Below, piece after piece: positions 24,101-39,100 of a stretch of 64,000 nucleotides of DNA. Positions within the stretch are counted from its first letter, which is position 1. The number at the start of each line of letters is the position of its first letter. The notes below the pieces were generated by a model. The model worked only from the letters and a program-made list of their open reading frames with translations, was not told the origin of the DNA and made no database searches. This DNA is from the human T2T-CHM13v2.0 reference genome, Homo sapiens. Position numbers and translations under genes: made by a program. Location: NCBI RefSeq assembly GCF_009914755.1, contig NC_060925.1. The stretch is one strand, 5' to 3'.

Positions 24101-27100
24101 ACAAAGTGTTTCCTGGGAATGCTACTGTCTAGTTTTTATGGGCAGTTATATCCTCTGCTGCCATAGGCCTCAAAGCGGTCCAAATCTCCCCTTTCAGATT
24201 CTACCAAAAGTGTGTTTCCAAACGGCTCTATCAAAGGGAATGTTCAACTCTGTGACTTGCATGCAATCATCACAAAGCAGTTTCTGAGAATGCTTCCATG
24301 TAGCTTTAATGAGCAGATATTTCCTTTTCCACCCCAGGCCTCGAAGCCCTCCAAATGTCCCCTTGCAGATGCTAGAAAGAGAGGGTTTCAAAGCTGCTCT
24401 ATCAAAAGGAAAGTACAACTCTGTGAGTTGAATGCAAACATCACAAAGAAGCTCCTGAGCATGCTTCCGTTTAGCTTTCATGGGAAGATTATCCCTTTTC
24501 CATCGAAATGTTCAAAGAGGTCCACATATCCGCTTGCAGATTCCACCGAAAGAGTGTTTCCAAACTGCTGTATCAAAAGGAATCTTCAACTCCGTGAGTT
24601 GAATGCAATCATCACAAAGAAGTTTCTGACAACGCTTCTCTCTAGTTTTTATGTGAAGATATTTCCTTTTCCACCACAGGCCTGAAAGCGCTCCAAATGT
24701 CCACTTGGAGACTCTACGAAAAGAATGTTTCAAAACTGCTCTATGAAAAGCAATGTTATACTCTGGGAGTTGAACACAAGCCTCACAAAGGAGTTTCTGA
24801 GAATGCTTCTGTTTACTTTTTACGTGAAGATATTCCCGTTTCCAAAGAAATCTTCACAGACTTCCACCTATCCATTTGCAGATGCTAGAAAAAGAGAGTT
24901 TCAAAACTGCTCTATCAAAAGGAATGTTCAACTCTGTGAGTTGAATGCAGTCATCACAGAGAAGTTTCTGAGAAGGCTTCTGTCTAGATTTTATGTGAAG
25001 ATATACCCGTTTCGAACGAACGCCACAAAGTGCTCCAAATATCCACTTGCAGGTCCTCCAACAAGAGTGTTTCAAACGTGAACTATCAAAGGAAGGTTCA
25101 ACTCTGGACTTTGAATGCAAACGTCAGAAAGATGTTTCTGCGAAAGCTTCTGTTTAGTTAGGTGACGTTATCCCGTTTCCAACGAAATCCTCAGAGAGGT
25201 CCAAATATCCACCTGCAGATTCTGCAAAAAGTGTGTTTCCAAACTGCTCCACCCAAAGGCATGTTCAGCTCTGTGAGTTAAACTCAATCATCACAAAGTA
25301 TTTTCTGAGAATGCTTCTGTCCAGTTTTTACATGAAGCTGTTTCCTTTACTACCGTAGGCCTCAAAGCGTTCCAAATCTCCACTTGCAGATACTACGAAA
25401 AGGGCGTTTCAACCTGAACTCACAAGGGAAGGTTCAACTCTGTCAGTTGAATGCCAACATCACAAAGAAGTTCTGGGAATGTTTCTCTTCAGTTATGTGA
25501 GTTTTATCCCGTTTCCAACGAAATTCTCAGAGAAGTACAAATATCCACTTGCATATTCTACAAAAAGTGTGTTTTGAAAGTGCTCCATCAAAAGATATGC
25601 TCAGCTCTGTGAGTTAAACTCAATCATCACAAAGAATTTTCTGAGAATGCTTCTGTCTTGTTTTAGGATGAAGTTATTTCCTTTACGACGATAGGCCTCA
25701 AAGAGGTCCAAATCTCCACTTGCAGATTCTGCAGAAGGAGTGTTTCAAACCTGAACTATCAGAGAAAGGTTCAACACTGTGAGTTGAATGCAAGCATCAC
25801 GAAGAAGGTTCTGAGAATGCTTCTGTTTAGATAGGTGAGTTTTCTCCCGTATCCAACGAAATCCTCAGAGAGGTCCAAATATCCACTTGCAGATTCTACA
25901 GAAAGTGTGTTTTGAAACTGCTCCATCCAAAGGAATGTTCAGCTCTGTGAGTTGAACTCAATCGTCACAAAGTGTTTCCTGGGAATGCTACTGTCTAGTT
26001 TTTATGGGCAGTTATATCCTCTGCTGCCATAGGCCTCAAAGCGGTCCAAATCTCCCCTTTCAGATTCTACCAAAAGTGTGTTTCCAAACGGCTCTATCAA
26101 AGGGAATGTTCAACTCTGTGACTTGAATGCAATCATCACAAAGCAGTTTCTGAGAATGCTTCCATGTAGCTTTAATGAGCAGATATTTCCTTTTCCACCC
26201 CAGGCCTCGAAGCCCTCCAAATGTCCCCTTGCAGATGCTAGAAAGAGAGGGTTTCAAAGCTGCTCTATCAAAAGGAAAGTACAACTCTGTGAGTTGAATG
26301 CAAACATCACAAAGAAGCTCCTGAGCATGCTTCCGTTTAGCTTTCATGGGAAGATTATCCCTTTTCCATCGAAATGTTCAAAGAGGTCCACATATCCGCT
26401 TGCAGATTCCACCGAAAGAGTGTTTCCAAACTGCTGTATCAAAAGGAATCTTCAACTCCGTGAGTTGAATGCAATCATCACAAAGAAGTTTCTGACAATG
26501 CTTCTCTCTAGTTTTTATGTGAAGATATTTCCTTTTCCACCACAGGCCTGAAAGCGCTCCAAATGTCCACTTGGAGACTCTACGAAAAGAATGTTTCAAA
26601 ACTGCTCTATGAAAAGCAATGTTATACTCTGGGAGTTGAACACAAGCCTCACAAAGGACTTTCTGAGAATGCTTCTGTTTACTTTTTACGTGAAGATATT
26701 CCCGTTTCCAAAGAAATCTTCACAGACTTCCACCTATCCATTTGCAGATGCTAGAAAAAGAGAGTTTCAAAACTGCTCTATCAAAAGGAATGTTCAACTC
26801 TGTGAGTTGAATGCAGTCATCACAGAGAAGTTTCTGAGAAGGCTTCTGTCTAGATTTTATGTGAAGATATACCCGTTTCGAACGAAGGCCACAAAGTGCT
26901 CCAAATATCCACTTGCAGGTCCTCCAACAAGAGTGTTTCAAACGTGAACTATCAAAGGAAGGTTCAACTCTGGACTTTGAATGCAAACGTCAGAAAGATG
27001 TTTCTGCGAAAGCTTCTGTTTAGTTAGGTGACGTTATCCCGTTTCCAACGAAATCCTCAGAGAGGTCCAAATATCCACCTGCAGATTCTGCAAAAAGTGT

Positions 27101-30100
27101 GTTTCCAAACTGCTCCACCCAAAGGCATGTTCAGCTCTGTGAGTTAAACTCAATCATCACAAAGTATTTTCTGAGAATGCTTCTGTCCAGTTTTTACATG
27201 AAGCTGTTTCCTTTACTACCGTAGGCCTCAAAGCGTTCCAAATCTCCACTTGCAGATACTACGAAAAGGGCGTTTCAACCTGAACTCACAAGGGAAGGTT
27301 CAACTCTGTCAGTTGAATGCCAACATCACAAAGAAGTTCTGGGAATGTTTCTCTTCAGTTATGTGAGTTTTATCCCGTTTCCAATGAAATTCTCAGAGAA
27401 GTACAGATATCCACTTGCATATTCTACAAAAAGTGTGTTTTGAAAGTGCTCCATCAAAAGATATGCTCAGCTCTGTGAGTTAAACTCAATCATCACAAAG
27501 AATTTTCTGAGAATGCTTCTGTCTTGTTTTAGGATGAAGTTATTTCCTTTACGACGATAGGCCTCAAAGAGGTCCAAATCTCCACTTGCAGATTCTGCAG
27601 AAGGAGTGTTTCAAACCTGAACTATCAGAGAAAGGTTCAACACTGTGAGTTGAATGCAAGCATCACGAAGAAGGTTCTGAGAATGCTTCTGTTTAGATAG
27701 GTGAGTTTTCTCCCGTATCCAACGAAATCCTCAGAGAGGTCCAAATATCCACTTGCAGATTCTACAGAAAGTGTGTTTTGAAACTGCTCCATCCAAAGGA
27801 ATGTTCAGCTCTGTGAGTTGAACTCAATCGTCACAAAGTGTTTCCTGGGAATGCTACTGTCTAGTTTTTATGGGCAGTTATATCCTCTGCTGCCATAGGC
27901 CTCAAAGCGGTCCAAATCTCCCCTTTCAGATTCTACCAAAAGTGTGTTTCCAAACGGCTCTATCAAAGGGAATGTTCAACTCTGTGACTTGAATGCAATC
28001 ATCACAAAGCAGTTTCTGAGAATGCTTCCATGTAGCTTTTAGGAGAAGATATTTCCTTTTCCACCACAGGCCTCGAAGCCCTCCAAATGTCCCCTTGCAG
28101 ATGCTAGAAAGAGAGGGTTTCAAAGCTGCTCTATCAAAAGGAAAGTACAACTCTGTGAGTTGAATGCAAACATCACAAAGAAGCTCCTGAGCATGCTTCC
28201 GTTTAGCTTTCATGGGAAGATTATCCCTTTTCCATCGAAATGTTCAAAGAGGTCCACATATCCGCTTGCAGATTCCACCGAAAGAGTGTTTCCAAACTGC
28301 TGTATCAAAAGGAATCTTCAACTCCGTGAGTTGAATGCAATCATCACAAAGAAGTTTCTGACAATGCTTCTCTCTAGTTTTTATGTGAAGATATTTCCTT
28401 TTCCACCACAGGCCTGAAAGCGCTCCAAATGTCCACTTGGAGACTCTACGAAAAGAATGTTTCAAAACTGCTCTATGAAAAGCAATGTTATACTCTGGGA
28501 GTTGAACACAAGCCTCACAAAGGAGTTTCTGAGAATGCTTCTGTTTACTTTTTACGTGAAGATATTCCCGTTTCCAAAGAAATCTTCACAGACTTCCACC
28601 TATCCATTTGCAGATGCTAGAAAAAGAGAGTTTCAAAACTGCTCTATCAAAAGGAATGTTCAACTCTGTGAGTTGAATGCAGTCATCACAGAGAAGTTTC
28701 TGAGAAGGCTTCTGTCTAGATTTTATGTGAAGATATACCCGTTTCGAACGAAGGCCACAAAGTGCTCCAAATATCCACTTGCAGGTCCTCCAACAAGAGT
28801 GTTTCAAACGTGAACTATCAAAGGAAGGTTCAACTCTGGACTTTGAATGCAAACGTCAGAAAGATGTTTCTGCGAAAGCTTCTGTTTAGTTAGGTGACGT
28901 TATCCCGTTTCCAACGAAATCCTCAGAGAGGTCCAAATATCCACCTGCAGATTCTGCAAAAAGTGTGTTTCCAAACTGCTCCACCCAAAGGCATGTTCAG
29001 CTCTGTGAGTTAAACTCAATCATCACAAAGTATTTTCTGAGAATGCTTCTGTCCAGTTTTTACATGAAGCTGTTTCCTTTACTACCGTAGGCCTCAAAGC
29101 GTTCCAAATCTCCACTTGCAGATACTACGAAAAGGGCGTTTCAACCTGAACTCACAAGGGAAGGTTCAACTCTGTCAGTTGAATGCCAACATCACAAAGA
29201 AGTTCTGGGAATGTTTCTCTTCAGTTATGTGAGTTTTATCCCGTTTCCAACGAAATTCTCAGAGAAGTACAAATATCCACTTGCATATTCTACACAAAGT
29301 GTGTTTTGAAAGTGCTCCATCAAAAGATATGCTCAGCTCTGTGAGTTAAACTCAATCATCACAAAGAATTTTCTGAGAATGCTTCTGTCTTGTTTTAGGA
29401 TGAAGTTATTTCCTTTACGACGATAGGCCTCAAAGAGGTCCAAATCTCCACTTGCAGATTCTGCAGAAGGAGTGTTTCAAACCTGAACTATCAGAGAAAG
29501 GTTCAACACTGTGAGTTGAATGCAAGCATCACGAAGAAGGTTCTGAGAATGCTTCTGTTTAGATAGGTGAGTTTTCTCCCGTATCCAACGAAATCCTCAG
29601 AGAGGTCCAAATATCCACTTGCAGATTCTACAGAAAGTGTGTTTTGAAACTGCTCCATCCAAAGGAATGTTCAGCTCTGTGAGTTGAACTCAATCGTCAC
29701 AAAGTGTTTCCTGGGAATGCTACTGTCTAGTTTTTATGGGCAGTTATATCCTCTGCTGCCATAGGCCTCAAAGCGGTCCAAATCTCCCCTTTCAGATTCT
29801 ACCAAAAGTGTGTTTCCAAACGGCTCTATCAAAGGGAATGTTCAACTCTGTGACTTGAATGCAATCATCACAAAGCAGTTTCTGAGAATGCTTCCATGTA
29901 GCTTTAATGAGCAGATATTTCCTTTTCCACCCCAGGCCTCGAAGCCCTCCAAATGTCCCCTTGCAGATGCTAGAAAGAGAGGGTTTCAAAGCTGCTCTAT
30001 CAAAAGGAAAGTACAACTCTGTGAGTTGAATGCAAACATCACAAAGAAGCTCCTGAGCATGCTTCCGTTTAGCTTTCATGGGAAGATTATCCCTTTTCCA

Positions 30101-33100
30101 TCGAAATGTTCAAAGAGGTCCACATATCCGCTTGCAGATTCCACCGAAAGAGTGTTTCCAAACTGCTGTATCAAAAGGAATCTTCAACTCCGTGAGTTGA
30201 ATGCAATCATCACAAAGAAGTTTCTGACAACGCTTCTCTCTAGTTTTTATGTGAAGATATTTCCTTTTCCACCACAGGCCTGAAAGCGCTCCAAATGTCC
30301 ACTTGGAGACTCTACGAAAAGAATGTTTCAAAACTGCTCTATGAAAAGCAATGTTATACTCTGGGAGTTGAACACAAGCCTCACAAAGGACTTTCTGAGA
30401 ATGCTTCTGTTTACTTTTTACGTGAAGATATTCCCGTTTCCAAAGAAATCTTCACAGACTTCCACCTATCCATTTGCAGATGCTAGAAAAAGAGAGTTTC
30501 AAAACTGCTCTATCAAAAGGAATGTTCAACTCTGTGAGTTGAATGCAGTCATCACAGAGAAGTTTCTGAGAAGGCTTCTGTCTAGATTTTATGTGAAGAT
30601 ATACCCGTTTCGAACGAAGGCCACAAAGTGCTCCAAATATCCACTTGCAGGTCCTCCAACAAGAGTGTTTCAAACGTGAACTATCAAAGGAAGGTTCAAC
30701 TCTGGACTTTGAATGCAAACGTCAGAAAGATGTTTCTGCGAAAGCTTCTGTTTAGTTAGGTGACGTTATCCCGTTTCCAACGAAATCCTCAGAGAGGTCC
30801 AAATATCCACCTGCAGATTCTGCAAAAAGTGTGTTTCCAAACTGCTCCACCCAAAGGCATGTTCAGCTCTGTGAGTTAAACTCAATCATCACAAAGTATT
30901 TTCTGAGAATGCTTCTGTCCAGTTTTTACATGAAGCTGTTTCCTTTACTACCGTAGGCCTCAAAGCGTTCCAAATCTCCACTTGCAGATACTACGAAAAG
31001 GGCGTTTCAACCTGAACTCACAAGGGAAGGTTCAACTCTGTCAGTTGAATGCCAACATCACAAAGAAGTTCTGGGAATGTTTCTCTTCAGTTATGTGAGT
31101 TTTATCCCGTTTCCAACGAAATTCTCAGAGAAGTACAAATATCCACTTGCATATTCTACAAAAAGTGTGTTTTGAAAGTGCTCCATCAAAAGATATGCTC
31201 AGCTCTGTGAGTTAAACTCAATCATCACAAAGAATTTTCTGAGAATGCTTCTGTCTTGTTTTAGGATGAAGTTATTTCCTTTACGACGATAGGCCTCAAA
31301 GAGGTCCAAATCTCCACTTGCAGATTCTGCAGAAGGAGTGTTTCAAACCTGAACTATCAGAGAAAGGTTCAACACTGTGAGTTGAATGCAAGCATCACGA
31401 AGAAGGTTCTGAGAATGCTTCTGTTTAGATAGGTGAGTTTTCTCCCGTATCCAACGAAATCCTCAGAGAGGTCCAAATATCCACTTGCAGATTCTACAGA
31501 AAGTGTGTTTTGAAACTGCTCCATCCAAAGGAATGTTCAGCTCTGTGAGTTGAACTCAATCGTCACAAAGTGTTTCCTGGGAATGCTACTGTCTAGTTTT
31601 TATGGGCAGTTATATCCTCTGCTGCCATAGGCCTCAAAGCGGTCCAAATCTCCCCTTTCAGATTCTACCAAAAGTGTGTTTCCAAACGGCTCTATCAAAG
31701 GGAATGTTCAACTCTGTGACTTGAATGCAATCATCACAAAGCAGTTTCTGAGAATGCTTCCATGTAGCTTTAATGAGCAGATATTTCCTTTTCCACCCCA
31801 GGCCTCGAAGCCCTCCAAATGTCCCCTTGCAGATGCTAGAAAGAGAGGGTTTCAAAGCTGCTCTATCAAAAGGAAAGTACAACTCTGTGAGTTGAATGCA
31901 AACATCACAAAGAAGTTCCTGAGCATGCTTCCGTTTAGCTTTCATGGGAAGATTATCCCTTTTCCATCGAAATGTTCAAAGAGGTCCACATATCCGCTTG
32001 CAGATTCCACCGAAAGAGTGTTTCCAAACTGCTGTATCAAAAGGAATCTTCAACTCCGTGAGTTGAATGCAATCATCACAAAGAAGTTTCTGACAATGCT
32101 TCTCTCTAGTTTTTATGTGAAGATATTTCCTTTTCCACCACAGGCCTGAAAGCGCTCCACATGTCCACTTGGAGACTCTACGAAAAGAATGTTTCAAAAC
32201 TGCTCTATGAAAAGCAATGTTATACTCTGGGAGTTGAACACAAGCCTCACAAAGGAGTTTCTGAGAATGCTTCTGTTTACTTTTTACGTGAAGATATTCC
32301 CGTTTCCAAAGAAATCTTCACAGACTTCCACCTATCCATTTGCAGATGCTAGAAAAAGAGAGTTTCAAAACTGCTCTATCAAAAGGAATGTTCAACTCTG
32401 TGAGTTGAATGCAGTCATCACAGAGAAGTTTCTGAGAAGGCTTCTGTCTAGATTTTATGTGAAGATATACCCGTTTCGAACGAAGGCCACAAAGTGCTCC
32501 AAATATCCACTTGCAGGTCCTCCAACAAGAGTGTTTCAAACGTGAACTATCAAAGGAAGGTTCAACTCTGGACTTTGAATGCAAACGTCAGAAAGATGTT
32601 TCTGCGAAAGCTTCTGTTTAGTTAGGTGACGTTATCCCGTTTCCAACGAAATCCTCAGAGAGGTCCAAATATCCACCTGCAGATTCTGCAAAAAGTGTGT
32701 TTCCAAACTGCTCCACCCAAAGGCATGTTCAGCTCTGTGAGTTAAACTCAATCATCACAAAGTATTTTCTGAGAATGCTTCTGTCCAGTTTTTACATGAA
32801 GCTGTTTCCTTTACTACCGTAGGCCTCAAAGCGTTCCAAATCTCCACTTGCAGATACTACGAAAAGGGCGTTTCAACCTGAACTCACAAGGGAAGGTTCA
32901 ACTCTGTCAGTTGAATGCCAACATCACAAAGAAGTTCTGGGAATGTTTCTCTTCAGTTATGTGAGTTTTATCCCGTTTCCAAAGAAATTCTCAGAGAAGT
33001 ACAGATATCCACTTGCATATTCTACAAAAAGTGTGTTTTGAAAGTGCTCCATCAAAAGATATGCTCAGCTCTGTGAGTTAAACTCAATCATCACAAAGAA

Positions 33101-36100
33101 TTTTCTGAGAATGCTTCTGTCTTGTTTTAGGATGAAGTTATTTCCTTTACGACGATAGGCCTCAAAGAGGTCCAAATCTCCACTTGCAGATTCTGCAGAA
33201 GGAGTGTTTCAAACCTGAACTATCAGAGAAAGGTTCAACACTGTGAGTTGAATGCAAGCATCACGAAGAAGGTTCTGAGAATGCTTCTGTTTAGATAGGT
33301 GAGTTTTCTCCCGTATCCAACGAAATCCTCAGAGAGGTCCAAATATCCACTTGCAGTTTCTACAGAAAGTGTGTTTTGAAACTGCTCCATCCAAAGGAAT
33401 GTTCAGCTCTGTGAGTTGAACTCAATCGTCACAAAGTGTTTCCTGGGAATGCTACTGTCTAGTTTTTATGGGCAGTTATATCCTCTGCTGCCATAGGCCT
33501 CAAAGCGGTCCAAATCTCCCCTTTCAGATTCTACCAAAAGTGTGTTTCCAAACGGCTCTATCAAAGGGAATGTTCAACTCTGTGACTTGAATGCAATCAT
33601 CACAAAGCAGTTTCTGAGAATGCTTCCATGTAGCTTTAATGAGCAGATATTTCCTTTTCCACCCCAGGCCTCGAAGCCCTCCAAATGTCCCCTTGCAGAT
33701 GCTAGAAAGAGAGGGTTTCAAAGCTGCTCTATCAAAAGGAAAGTACAACTCTGTGAGTTGAATGCAAACATCACAAAGAAGCTCCTGAGCATGCTTCCGT
33801 TTAGCTTTCATGGGAAGATTATCCCTTTTCCATCGAAATGTTCAAAGAGGTCCACATATCCGCTTGCAGATTCCACCGAAAGAGTGTTTCCAAACTGCTG
33901 TATCAAAAGGAATCTTCAACTCCGTGAGTTGAATGCAATCATCACAAAGAAGTTTCTGACAACGCTTCTCTCTAGTTTTTATGTGAAGATATTTCCTTTT
34001 CCACCACAGGCCTGAAAGCGCTCCAAATGTCCACTTGGAGACTCTACGAAAAGAATGTTTCAAAACTGCTCTATGAAAAGCAATGTTATACTCTGGGAGT
34101 TGAACACAAGCCTCACAAAGGAGTTTCTGAGAATGCTTCTGTTTACTTTTTACGTGAAGATATTCCCGTTTCCAAAGAAATCTTCACAGACTTCCACCTA
34201 TCCATTTGCAGATGCTAGAAAAAGAGAGTTTCAAAACTGCTCTATCAAAAGGAATGTTCAACTCTGTGAGTTGAATGCAGTCATCACAGAGAAGTTTCTG
34301 AGAAGGCTTCTGTCTAGATTTTATGTGAAGATATACCCGTTTCGAACGAAGGCCACAAAGTGCTCCAAATATCCACTTGCAGGTCCTCCAACAAGAGTGT
34401 TTCAAACGTGAACTATCAAAGGAAGGTTCAACTCTGGACTTTGAATGCAAACGTCAGAAAGATGTTTCTGCGAAAGCTTCTGTTTAGTTAGGTGACGTTA
34501 TCCCGTTTCCAACGAAATCCTCAGAGAGGTCCAAATATCCACCTGCAGATTCTGCAAAAAGTGTGTTTCCAAACTGCTCCACCCAAAGGCATGTTCAGCT
34601 CTGTGAGTTAAACTCAATCATCACAAAGTATTTTCTGAGAATGCTTCTGTCCAGTTTTTACATGAAGCTGTTTCCTTTACTACCGTAGGCCTCAAAGCGT
34701 TCCAAATCTCCACTTGCAGATACTACGAAAAGGGCGTTTCAACCTGAACTCACAAGGGAAGGTTCAACTCTGTCAGTTGAATGCCAACATCACAAAGAAG
34801 TTCTGGGAATGTTTCTCTTCAGTTATGTGAGTTTTATCCCGTTTCCAACGAAATTCTCAGAGAAGTACAAATATCCACTTGCATATTCTACAAAAAGTGT
34901 GTTTTGAAAGTGCTCCATCAAAAGATATGCTCAGCTCTGTGAGTTAAACTCAATCATCACAAAGAATTTTCTGAGAATGCTTCTGTCTTGTTTTAGGATG
35001 AAGTTATTTCCTTTACGACGATAGGCCTCAAAGAGGTCCAAATCTCCACTTGCAGATTCTGCAGAAGGAGTGTTTCAAACCGGAACTATCAGAGAAAGGT
35101 TCAACACTGTGAGTTGAATGCAAGCATCACGAAGAAGGTTCTGAGAATGCTTCTGTTTAGATAGGTGAGTTTTCTCCCGTATCCAACGAAATCCTCAGAG
35201 AGGTCCAAATATCCACTTGCAGATTCTACAGAAAGTGTGTTTTGAAACTGCTCCATCCAAAGGAATGTTCAGCTCTGTGAGTTGAACTCAATCGTCACAA
35301 AGTGTTTCCTGGGAATGCTACTGTCTAGTTTTTATGGGCAGTTATATCCTCTGCTGCCATAGGCCTCAAAGCGGTCCAAATCTCCCCTTTCAGATTCTAC
35401 CAAAAGTGTGTTTCCAAACGGCTCTATCAAAGGGAATGTTCAACTCTTTGACTTGAATGCAATCATCACAAAGCAGTTTCTGAGAATGCTTCCATGTAGC
35501 TTTAATGAGCAGATATTTCCTTTTCCACCCCAGGCCTCGAAGCCCTCCAAATGTCCCCTTGCAGATGCTAGAAAGAGAGGGTTTCAAAGCTGCTCTATCA
35601 AAAGGAAAGTACAACTCTGTGAGTTGAATGCAAACATCACAAAGAAGTTCCTGAGCATGCTTCCGTTTAGCTTTCATGGGAAGATTATCCCTTTTCCATC
35701 GAAATGTTCAAAGAGGTCCACATATCCGCTTGCAGATTCCACCGAAAGAGTGTTTCCAAACTGCTGTATCAAAAGGAATCTTCAACTCCGTGAGTTGAAT
35801 GCAATCATCACAAAGAAGTTTCTGACAATGCTTCTCTCTAGTTTTTATGTGAAGATATTTCCTTTTCCACCACAGGCCTGAAAGCGCTCCAAATGTCCAC
35901 TTGGAGACTCTACGAAAAGAATGTTTCAAAACTGCTCTATGAAAAGCAATGTTATACTCTGGGAGTTGAACACAAGCCTCACAAAGGAGTTTCTGAGAAT
36001 GCTTCTGTTTACTTTTTACATGAAGATATTCCCGTTTCCAAAGAAATCTTCACAGACTTCCACCTATCCATTTGCAGATGCTACAAAAAGAGAGTTTCAA

Positions 36101-39100
36101 AACTGCTCTATCAAAAGGAATGTTCAACTCTGTGAGTTGAATGCAGTCATCACAGAGAAGTTTCTGAGAAGGCTTCTGTCTAGATTTTATGTGAAGATAT
36201 ACCCGTTTCGAACGAAGGCCACAAAGTGCTCCAAATATCCACTTGCAGGTCCTCCAACAAGAGTGTTTCAAACGTGAACTATCAAAGGAAGGTTCAACTC
36301 TGGACTTTGAATGCAAACGTCAGAAAGATGTTTCTGCGAAAGCTTCTGTTTAGTTAGGTGACGTTATCCCGTTTCCAACGAAATCCTCAGAGAGGTCCAA
36401 ATATCCACCTGCAGATTCTGCAAAAAGTGTGTTTCCAAACTGCTCCACCCAAAGGCATGTTCAGCTCTGTGAGTTAAACTCAATCATCACAAAGTATTTT
36501 CTGAGAATGCTTCTGTCCAGTTTTTACATGAAGCTGTTTCCTTTACTACCGTAGGCCTCAAAGCGTTCCAAATCTCCACTTGCAGATACTACGAAAAGGG
36601 CGTTTCAACCTGAACTCACAAGGGAAGGTTTAACTCTGTCAGTTGAATGCCAACATCACAAAGAAGTTCTGGGAATGTTTCTCTTCAGTTATGTGAGTTT
36701 TATCCCGTTTCCAACGAAATTCTCAGAGAAGTACAGATATCCACTTGCATATTCTACAAAAAGTGTGTTTTGAAAGTGCTCCATCAAAAGATATGCTCAG
36801 CTCTGTGAGTTAAACTCAATCATCACAAAGAATTTTCTGAGAATGCTTCTGTCTTGTTTTAGGATGAAGTTATTTCCTTTACGACGATAGGCCTCAAAGA
36901 GGTCCAAATCTCCACTTGCAGATTCTGCAGAAGGAGTGTTTCAAACCTGAACTATCAGAGAAAGGTTCAACACTGTGAGTTGAATGCAAGCATCACGAAG
37001 AAGGTTCTGAGAATGCTTCTGTTTAGATAGGTGAGTTTTCTCCCGTATCCAACGAAATCCTCAGAGAGGTCCAAATATCCACTTGCAGATTCTACAGAAA
37101 GTGTGTTTTGAAACTGCTCCATCCAAAGGAATGTTCAGCTCTGTGAGTTGAACTCAATCGTCACAAAGTGTTTCCTGGGAATGCTACTGTCTAGTTTTTA
37201 TGGGCAGTTATATCCTCTGCTGCCATAGGCCTCAAAGCGGTCCAAATCTCCCCTTTCAGATTCTACCAAAAGTGTGTTTCCAAACGGCTCTATCAAAGGG
37301 AATGTTCAACTCTGTGACTTGAATGCAATCATCACAAAGCAGTTTCTGAGAATGCTTGCATGTAGCTTTAATGAGCAGATATTTCCTTTTCCACCCCAGG
37401 CCTCGAAGCCCTCCAAATGTCCCCTTGCAGATGCTAGAAAGAGAGGGTTTCAAAGCTGCTATATCAAAAGGAAAGTACAACTCTGTGAGTTGAATGCAAA
37501 CATCACAAAGAAGCTCCTGAGCATGCTTCCGTTTAGCTTTCATGGGAAGATTATCCCTTTTCCATCGAAATGTTCAAAGAGGTCCACATATCCGCTTGCA
37601 GATTCCACCGAAAGAGTGTTTCCAAACTGCTGTATCAAAAGGAATCTTCAACTCCGTGAGTTGAATGCAATCATCACAAAGAAGTTTCTGACAATGCTTC
37701 TCTCTAGTTTTTATGTGAAGATATTTCCTTTTCCACCACAGGCCTGAAAGCGCTCCAAATGTCCACTTGGAGACTCTACGAAAAGAATGTTTCAAAACTG
37801 CTCTATGAAAAGCAATGTTATACTCTGGGAGTTGAACACAAGCCTCACAAAGGAGTTTCTGAGAATGCTTCTGTTTACTTTTTACGTGAAGATATTCCCG
37901 TTTCCAAAGAAATCTTCACAGACTTCCACCTATCCATTTGCAGATGCTAGAAAAAGAGAGTTTCAAAACTGCTCTATCAAAAGGAATGTTCAACTCTGTG
38001 AGTTGAATGCAGTCATCACAGAGAAGTTTCTGAGAAGGCTTCTGTCTAGATTTTATGTGAAGATATACCCGTTTCGAACGAAGGCCACAAAGTGCTCCAA
38101 ATATCCACTTGCAGGTCCTCCAACAAGAGTGTTTCAAACGTGAACTATCAAAGGAAGGTTCAACTCTGGACTTTGAATGCAAACGTCAGAAAGATGTTTC
38201 TGCGAAAGCTTCTGTTTAGTTAGGTGACGTTATCCCGTTTCCAACGAAATCCTCAGAGAGGTCCAAATATCCACCTGCAGATTCTGCAAAAAGTGTGTTT
38301 CCAAACTGCTCCACCCAAAGGCATGTTCAGCTCTGTGAGTTAAACTCAATCATCACAAAGTATTTTCTGAGAATGCTTCTGTCCAGTTTTTACATGAAGC
38401 TGTTTCCTTTACTACCGTAGGCCTCAAAGCGTTCCAAATCTCCACTTGCAGATACTACGAAAAGGGCGTTTCAACCTGAACTCACAAGGGAAGGTTCAAC
38501 TCTGTCAGTTGAATGCCAACATCACAAAGAAGTTCTGGGAATGTTTCTCTTCAGTTATGTGAGTTTTATCCCGTTTCCAACGAAATTCTCAGAGAAGTAC
38601 AGATATCCACTTGCATATTCTACAAAAAGTGTGTTTTGAAAGTGCTCCATCAAAAGATATGCTCAGCTCTGTGAGTTAAACTCAATCATCACAAAGAATT
38701 TTCTGAGAATGCTTCTGTCTTGTTTTAGGATGAAGTTATTTCCTTTACGACGATAGGCCTCAAAGAGGTCCAAATCTCCACTTGCAGATTCTGCAGAAGG
38801 AGTGTTTCAAACCTGAACTATCAGAGAAAGGTTCAACACTGTGAGTTGAATGCAAGCATCACGAAGAAGGTTCTGAGAATGCTTCTGTTTAGATAGGTGA
38901 GTTTTCTCCCGTATCCAACGAAATCCTCAGAGAGGTCCAAATATCCACTTGCAGATTCTACAGAAAGTGTGTTTTGAAACTGCTCCATCCAAAGGAATGT
39001 TCAGCTCTGTGAGTTGAACTCAATCGTCACAAAGTGTTTCCTGGGAATGCTACTGTCTAGTTTTTATGGGCAGTTACATCCTCTGCTGCCATAGGCCTCA

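Noticed and set aside
25005-25021. G>C at 25021 in a CENP-B box of unit 14
   Set aside because: It affects the terminal non-essential position and the 9-bp core stays intact, so it was not counted as a knockout.
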